A DNA stretch of 64,000 nt from a virus (taxonomy: Duplodnaviria > Caudoviricetes), in IMG/VR virus record IMGVR_UViG_3300014590_000001, positions 32,001 to 96,000 of that record, one strand, 5' to 3'. The notes beneath the pieces are model-generated. The model saw only the letters and a program-made list of their open reading frames with translations, searched no databases and was not told where the DNA came from. The position numbers were made by a program, and so were the translations under genes. Below, in pieces: positions 58,903-64,000 of the stretch. Position 1 is the first letter of the stretch, and every line of letters starts with the position of its first letter.

Positions 58903-59490
58903 CTATCCCATATATTGAGGACGCGCTTTTTCGATGATACCGCGCAAATGGTTGAATTCAGCAGTGACTCCAACCAGACCTTTCGAAATGATTTCTTTCG
59001 CTTCGAGGATCAGGTTTGAATCAGCCAGATAAAGATGATCCAACACGATAACTTTCTCCACTGAATAGCTAACGAGTTTTGTTTCATCATTACGAGGGAA
59101 GTTTTTCAGGTTACTGATAATATCAGCACACTTGATGTTATGACTTCCTTCAGACTGTTCAGCCAAATGCGCAACGTTTTGCCAGAAGCGATCCACGCGT
59201 GGAACACTTTTATCTTCGGCAACGTTCGTCACACCGTTAACCAGATCGCCAACCACAGTACCGAAATGAAACTTAACTTGTTTCAGGGTACGATTGGTAT
59301 CTTCAACAACATCGTGAAGCACACCGCCAACAATTTCAGATGCAGGACGATCATGACGACGGAGAATTTCTGCTACTTCGATTGGATGCAGCACATACGG
59401 TTCGCCAGTGTATTTGCGAACTTGTCCAGCGTGTGCTTCGGCGGCAAAAATAATTGCCTGATTGTACATACGAGATTCGGATTCGGTCAT
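58903..59490 (-). CDS. HD-domain RelA/SpoT-type small alarmone hydrolase-like protein
   Basis: A..FA..AH.GQ.RKYTGEPY..HP.EVA, LHDVVEDT, V.GVT and IK.AD..SNL motifs. Confidence 0.88.
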   Translation of the reverse strand: MTESESRMYNQAIIFAAEAHAGQVRKYTGEPYVLHPIEVAEILRRHDRPASEIVGGVLHDVVEDTNRTLKQVKFHFGTVVGDLVNGVTNVAEDKSVPRVDRFWQNVAHLAEQSEGSHNIKCADIISNLKNFPRNDETKLVSYSVEKVIVLDHLYLADSNLILEAKEIISKGLVGVTAEFNHLRGIIEKARPQYMG

Positions 59491-59494
59491 ATTT

Positions 59495-60505
59495 TTATTT
59501 TCCGTTAGATTCTTCTGAAGTTCCTGAAACAATACACGGAGCAATCCATTTCAGAATAAGTTTCTGAATTGCTTTTGCACCTGTCCAGTAGCGATGCCAA
59601 TGCGCACAGCGAATATGTGCTTTTCGACTCCCACCTTCTCTATTTACAGTTTCGTTGAACTCACGAATTATTTCTAAATACTCCTGGCCAATCGTAACTT
59701 CTTTTGAAACTCCTTTGGTCTGAAGTTTATAACTGCGACCTTTACGGCGCGGAGCAGGACGCGAGAATTTACTTTCAGAAGAATCGGCAGGTTCCATCGA
59801 CGCAACAAACAACAAACTTTTAATTAAGTGCTCTTGCGTCATTTCAATAATGCGTCGATGGTTGTCCAGAACTTCCAGAGAGGTGGCATTGAGCGAAGTT
59901 ACTGGTGCATAAGTTTTATCTTCACGCAATCCGAAGTCTTGATCTAAATCCAGTTTGAAACTTACCCACGCGCTGTTATCGCGAGTACCTGCAACCAGAT
60001 CAATAATCGTATATTCAACAATGCAGTAAAGAAAGTTTTTATTTCCTTCAGTCAGGAAACTTACAAACGCCCCTTCCACCATTGCCTGATCGTTTGATCC
60101 ATTCTGCGCAGAGAATAAAGCATTCAAACTTATCCACTGCGTCCAGTGCGGAAAACGGCGGAGAATTTCTACTGGAATAACTTTCGGTGCATCCGATTGC
60201 ATCACATGTTCGTTAAGTTCTTCCGGAATGTTTATTTTGATTCGCGAGTAATCCCAAAAGAAAAGCGCGAATATATCACGCATCATTTGGTAAAACTTTT
60301 CGTCGCGCTTCTCTTCATGAATAAGAGGAAGCCACGTAAGGAATTCTTCGAAAGGAACTCCGTTGTGTGGAACCTTGCCTTGATTTCGCGTCAGATACTT
60401 TTCAAAACCATCCTTCAGATGCTGGCGTAAGTTTTTACCGTCACGCTCGTAGCTGGACATAACGCCCATAACTTCATCGTAGAAATGCTCTGCCGTATTT
60501 CTCAT
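59495..60505 (-). CDS. Hypothetical phage protein with a C-terminal H.R..HWH.YW.G motif
   Basis: RKAHIRCAHWHRYWTG..LKWIAP. Confidence 0.7.
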   Translation of the reverse strand: MRNTAEHFYDEVMGVMSSYERDGKNLRQHLKDGFEKYLTRNQGKVPHNGVPFEEFLTWLPLIHEEKRDEKFYQMMRDIFALFFWDYSRIKINIPEELNEHVMQSDAPKVIPVEILRRFPHWTQWISLNALFSAQNGSNDQAMVEGAFVSFLTEGNKNFLYCIVEYTIIDLVAGTRDNSAWVSFKLDLDQDFGLREDKTYAPVTSLNATSLEVLDNHRRIIEMTQEHLIKSLLFVASMEPADSSESKFSRPAPRRKGRSYKLQTKGVSKEVTIGQEYLEIIREFNETVNREGGSRKAHIRCAHWHRYWTGAKAIQKLILKWIAPCIVSGTSEESNGK

Positions 60506-60729
60506 TACTCTTTCTTCTCTTTTGGAGTTACAAAACTTGCGTGACCATTAGCGCTATACACACCTTCGCCGCGATGGAAATTGCAGTCAGGGTTTGAGCA
60601 ATATTCCCAATAGTCGAAATTGCGATACGGGAAAGTTTTAGACAGTTCAGCGTTGCACAGCAGAAAAATAACAGGCCACTTACATTTTACGCACTGACTG
60701 TTTTCGAGAATGCTTACGTTGTTTTGCAC
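60505..60729 (-). CDS. Small Zn-ribbon-like protein
   Basis: CVKC and CSNPDC motifs. Confidence 0.55.
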   Translation of the reverse strand: MQNNVSILENSQCVKCKWPVIFLLCNAELSKTFPYRNFDYWEYCSNPDCNFHRGEGVYSANGHASFVTPKEKKE

Positions 60730-61069
60730 GTTTCTTTTTCCTTTTTCTAAGTCGCCTTAGAATGTTCATTAGGTTATGCGCCCACTCAGCAGCATTTGCC
60801 AGCGCGTCACCGTGACAGCGTTTAGGCTTACACCAACAACCTAAACGCTTACCATAAAGTTCTTCCAGTTCAGAGATTGTGATATAGCCATCATCAATCT
60901 TCTGCCACAATTCCTTTTCATGCTCGTCACAAACTCGATCACGTTCAGCAACTGAATCGTCTTTCATGTAGTGACGATTGCCCCACTTGCTTTCACGGTC
61001 TATACGTATATCGAAGTTTTTATTGCCGTTCCTCATGCTCACAACTTCGGTTGCACGAAAGAAAATCAT
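60680..61069 (-). CDS. DUF4326 family protein
   Basis: IRIDRESKWGN and LYGKRLGCWCKPKRCHGDAL motifs. Confidence 0.85.
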   Translation of the reverse strand: MIFFRATEVVSMRNGNKNFDIRIDRESKWGNRHYMKDDSVAERDRVCDEHEKELWQKIDDGYITISELEELYGKRLGCWCKPKRCHGDALANAAEWAHNLMNILRRLRKRKKKRAKQRKHSRKQSVRKM

Positions 61070-61350
61070 AGTACCAGAGAAAGTTTGCCAGTATTATCGC
61101 AACGTACTGTATGCTTCAAACTTAGTTCGTCGTTGTTTCCATCGACTACAGCTTTAATAAAGTTGCCGTGATGAACATCAGTAACAACCCAAACAGCAGA
61201 ACCACAAGCAGACGCGCCTTTATAGATATAAACTTGCATTGCCTTTAACTCTTCTTTCTTGCAAGCCTGTTCGCCTAAATCTGCAACACGAGCCATCACA
61301 TGATGAATAGTGACGTTTTCAAGTTGTTCCTGAAAGTTACCCATTGCCAT
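61066..61350 (-). CDS. Hypothetical protein
   Basis: 94 aa ORF with SD AAGGA. Confidence 0.65.
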   Translation of the reverse strand: MAMGNFQEQLENVTIHHVMARVADLGEQACKKEELKAMQVYIYKGASACGSAVWVVTDVHHGNFIKAVVDGNNDELSLKHTVRCDNTGKLSLVL

Positions 61351-61352
61351 AA

Positions 61353-61469
61353 TTAATCCTTCTTACGTAAGCCGTCAATAATTGCAAAAAGACCGACACA
61401 GAAACATGCGGCAGTTAAGATCCAAAGAAACAAATCCAGTGCGAGGCCGATAGTGTCAGGCTGATCCAT
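61353..61469 (-). CDS. 38-aa single-pass membrane peptide (absent from the ORF track)
   Basis: MDQPDTIGLALDLFLWILTAACFCVGLFAIIDGLRKKD, with SD AAGGA. Confidence 0.55.
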   Translation of the reverse strand: MDQPDTIGLALDLFLWILTAACFCVGLFAIIDGLRKKD

Positions 61470-61752
61470 TTCGCTGTTTTCCTTTTAAAAGTTCGCGCTC
61501 TACCCACAAACGAATACGCGCATATGTTTTCTTAAAGCACGTCTGGATGATTAACGAAAGTAAGACGAGAGGCCACAGGAAGATAACACAAAGAGAATAA
61601 ACGTAAACAAATTTGCCACGATATTCGTACTCCGTTTTTGTGAAATAGCAGAGCAAGCGGTTAGTCAGCAATTCGACAAGTTCAGCGAATGCAAACGCAA
61701 CGCCTAGACTGAAATACAGGACGAAACAAACTTTCAGAATATCATTATCCAC
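61456..61752 (-). CDS. Membrane protein with two transmembrane helices
   Basis: GTG start after SD AGGGAG. Contains ..LWP.VL. Confidence 0.6.
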   Translation of the reverse strand: MDNDILKVCFVLYFSLGVAFAFAELVELLTNRLLCYFTKTEYEYRGKFVYVYSLCVIFLWPLVLLSLIIQTCFKKTYARIRLWVERELLKGKQRNGSA

Positions 61753-62608
61753 GATTTTTCTTTCTCCCTGCTTGCGAGCGTTTACGCGCAGCTTTAGCAA
61801 CTGATTTGCGCTTGCTAACTTCGCAACGCGGTTTAGGTTCCGGACGAGGTGGAATGCGATACATAGGCTTCACCGGAGGATTATGGATCGCAATCTGTTC
61901 CGGAGTAAGCGGATCGAGATTTTCCATGTACGGACTTCCGCCTAACGAATCCAACACAACATCAATCGCTTCTTCGTTCCCGATCAGTTTTGCGGCATCA
62001 CGAATTTCAGGAGCGAACGTTTGGAACATCGAACCGATCAAGTGCATATGCAGATCATGTTCACTTTGCGAAATGGCTGGCCCTTGCACTTCTGCCACTT
62101 CAACACCATCACTTTGGAATTTCAAAATTTCTTTACTCCAATCTGGAAGTTTAATAGGAGAAGGATTTACGATCACGGTATGGCGCACAGAGGGAATTCC
62201 ATCAGTGCCTTGTTCACCTTCTTCACCGCGAGCATTAGGACACATACGGCCTATGCCTAGTTGTTCAAAGATACGAGCGCGAGCAACAGAGTCGCTGTAT
62301 TCGAAATCGAAAAATGTATTCGGTGGCGCAGCGTTACGATGTTTCCCAAACACACGCATTGAAGCGTCAATACTCAAACCGTTTTTAAACAGTTCGGTAA
62401 GTTCTATGCCTGTACCATCTTTGTTTGCATTCCAGCTTTCCAAATTAAACAGCGATGCGAAACTTGAATATGGAAGTTCGGGACTAGACATTTGAATTTC
62501 AAATTGACGCTCGAAATTCTTTCTGTCCATATGCAGCAGACGTGCATAGTGCTTTTGGCAATCGCGTAAACGATCCCACAGACCTTCATCAATAATTGGT
62601 TCGCTCAT
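61745..62608 (-). CDS. Hypothetical protein with a basic C-terminal tail
   Basis: 287 aa ORF. Confidence 0.7.
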   Translation of the reverse strand: MSEPIIDEGLWDRLRDCQKHYARLLHMDRKNFERQFEIQMSSPELPYSSFASLFNLESWNANKDGTGIELTELFKNGLSIDASMRVFGKHRNAAPPNTFFDFEYSDSVARARIFEQLGIGRMCPNARGEEGEQGTDGIPSVRHTVIVNPSPIKLPDWSKEILKFQSDGVEVAEVQGPAISQSEHDLHMHLIGSMFQTFAPEIRDAAKLIGNEEAIDVVLDSLGGSPYMENLDPLTPEQIAIHNPPVKPMYRIPPRPEPKPRCEVSKRKSVAKAARKRSQAGRKKNRG

Positions 62609-63057
62609 TTCACTACCTTGATTTGTTTAACATCAAGAGGAACGTAAGAGAGATTAGCGTCTTTCAGATCTTTATGCAGACCGGAAATATTCGACTCACT
62701 TACAACCAAGCCGTCATAATGCGGCGCGGGATATTCAGGCACAGATAAATATGACCACAATTCGTCAGCATCACGCATGTGTACCGTTTCGCCAAGTTTG
62801 ATTGGCTTGATCCCAGCAGGAGCAAAATCACTTGTAATGAAATGCTCGTTAAAAATTTCCACAGCGCGAGGATCTTTTGTGGTATCGAACCAATGCTTAA
62901 CGTTCAACTCAACTTTGATCAGAATGTTTCCGTACTGTTCCGCATAATACTGGCTCTTAGTGAAGAACGCAGGACGATACTCAGAGAACTTACTGAAACG
63001 TGATTTAGTTCCGTGGAAATAAATTTGAGGTGCGCTTAAACTAATGACTGTTTTCAT
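62605..63057 (-). CDS. ADP-ribosyltransferase-like protein (ART-PolyVal type)
   Basis: YFHGT...F..F, FFT....AEQYG, YDGLVV and YV....QIK motifs. Confidence 0.6.
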   Translation of the reverse strand: MKTVISLSAPQIYFHGTKSRFSKFSEYRPAFFTKSQYYAEQYGNILIKVELNVKHWFDTTKDPRAVEIFNEHFITSDFAPAGIKPIKLGETVHMRDADELWSYLSVPEYPAPHYDGLVVSESNISGLHKDLKDANLSYVPLDVKQIKVVK

Positions 63058-63446
63058 TTTCTAATCCACTTGAAATCTTTACGCTCTAATCCAGTTTCAA
63101 AGAATTGCAACTGGCCTTTGAAGGGAACAGGCTTACACGGTTTTGCGAAGCGTACACAGAAACCAATCTGCCCGAAATACCACGGTGAATCGCTGTACTC
63201 AACGGAATCGAAAATCTCCATGCGGCCTACAATGCAACCGCGATCCAGTTCTTCGAATGCCGGAAGTTTCACGTTAAGACAATCACACAACGTTTTCGCT
63301 TCTGCGTACTCTGCGCGAGTCATTCCTTTGGATGCGTGAATTAAAACTTCCCCACGCAGTTTCGTATGCCAGCTACGGTTTTCAATATCCTTGTGACCGT
63401 TTGCCAGCAGCCAAGCCCACGGCTGTTTTACGCTTATGGCCTTCAT
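63054..63446 (-). CDS. ASCH domain protein
   Basis: MKAISVKQPWAWLLANGHKDIENRSW..RG.VLIHA and KGQLQFF. Confidence 0.9.
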   Translation of the reverse strand: MKAISVKQPWAWLLANGHKDIENRSWHTKLRGEVLIHASKGMTRAEYAEAKTLCDCLNVKLPAFEELDRGCIVGRMEIFDSVEYSDSPWYFGQIGFCVRFAKPCKPVPFKGQLQFFETGLERKDFKWIRK

Positions 63447-64000
63447 TGTTTGAATTCCTCTTCGGCAATATCCAGAAGACGATTCGCATAGCCATCATTC
63501 ATTTCAACAAAATTGAAATCGTCAGGCGACATTAAGGGAATAACGCTATGCGTAGCGATAATGATTTGAACGTGTGGAAGTTTCGCCAGCTTATTCAGAT
63601 TTTTCCAGAACAAAACTTGCGCCCCAATATCAAGAGGACGTTCCGGCTCGTCAAACAGAGCAACGATATTACTGCCAGCTTTAGGCAGTAGCGGCTCAAG
63701 ACTCTGCGCACGTTTCGCAAGATGCGTGTTACGCTCTTTGTCTTTCAGATACCACGAAACGTTGTCATCGAAATAATGTTCCGGACTAGGTTTCGCCATA
63801 AGTTCGAAAATGTTTTCGATAACGTTACGCATACCTTGACCAGAAGAAAAGTCATGAACACGTTTGAAATGATCCGTCGCTTCTTTGCCTAAGCCATAAC
63901 AAAGAGCGTGTGCCCAATCGACAGCATCGCACGGCGTCCAATCAGCACTAACGTAAGTGCCGTAAATATCCGCGCTTGTTTCCAGCTTAACGTCAGACAT
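63443..64000 (-). CDS. ABC-type ATPase, C-terminal part (5'-truncated by the window edge)
   Basis: SSGQG signature, Walker B LFDEPE..LD, and H-loop IIIATHS. Confidence 0.85.
   Translation of the reverse strand: MSDVKLETSADIYGTYVSADWTPCDAVDWAHALCYGLGKEATDHFKRVHDFSSGQGMRNVIENIFELMAKPSPEHYFDDNVSWYLKDKERNTHLAKRAQSLEPLLPKAGSNIVALFDEPERPLDIGAQVLFWKNLNKLAKLPHVQIIIATHSVIPLMSPDDFNFVEMNDGYANRLLDIAEEEFKQ

Overview
The window is 64 kb of a jumbo myovirus genome. Gene content resembles the 'hairy' Enterobacterales/Pseudomonas jumbo phages of the Y3/JA11/AD1/PaBG type; this is an inference, and no database search was run. Positions 1-54.7 kb (+) carry a contractile tail and baseplate module: tube-like protein, hub chaperones, a tape-measure-like protein with a VgrG3-type muramidase domain, gp48/gp53/gp27/gp5/PAAR/gp25/gp6/gp7-like genes, four collagen-like fibre genes and a free-standing HNH endonuclease. 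An array of lectin-bearing fibre paralogues and a lysis cassette follow. Positions 54.8-64 kb (-) carry small accessory genes (HD alarmone-hydrolase-like, DUF4326, ART-like, ASCH, ABC-type ATPase). The most unusual element is a 2.2 kb island at 14.1-16.3 kb. It contains two long, highly base-paired non-coding regions, each preceded by the same 13-nt motif (AATCTGTAAATAG). The first holds three ~300-nt units with two conserved boxes. The two regions flank a small Acb2/Tad1-hairpin-like gene. All annotations come from motif recognition by eye.
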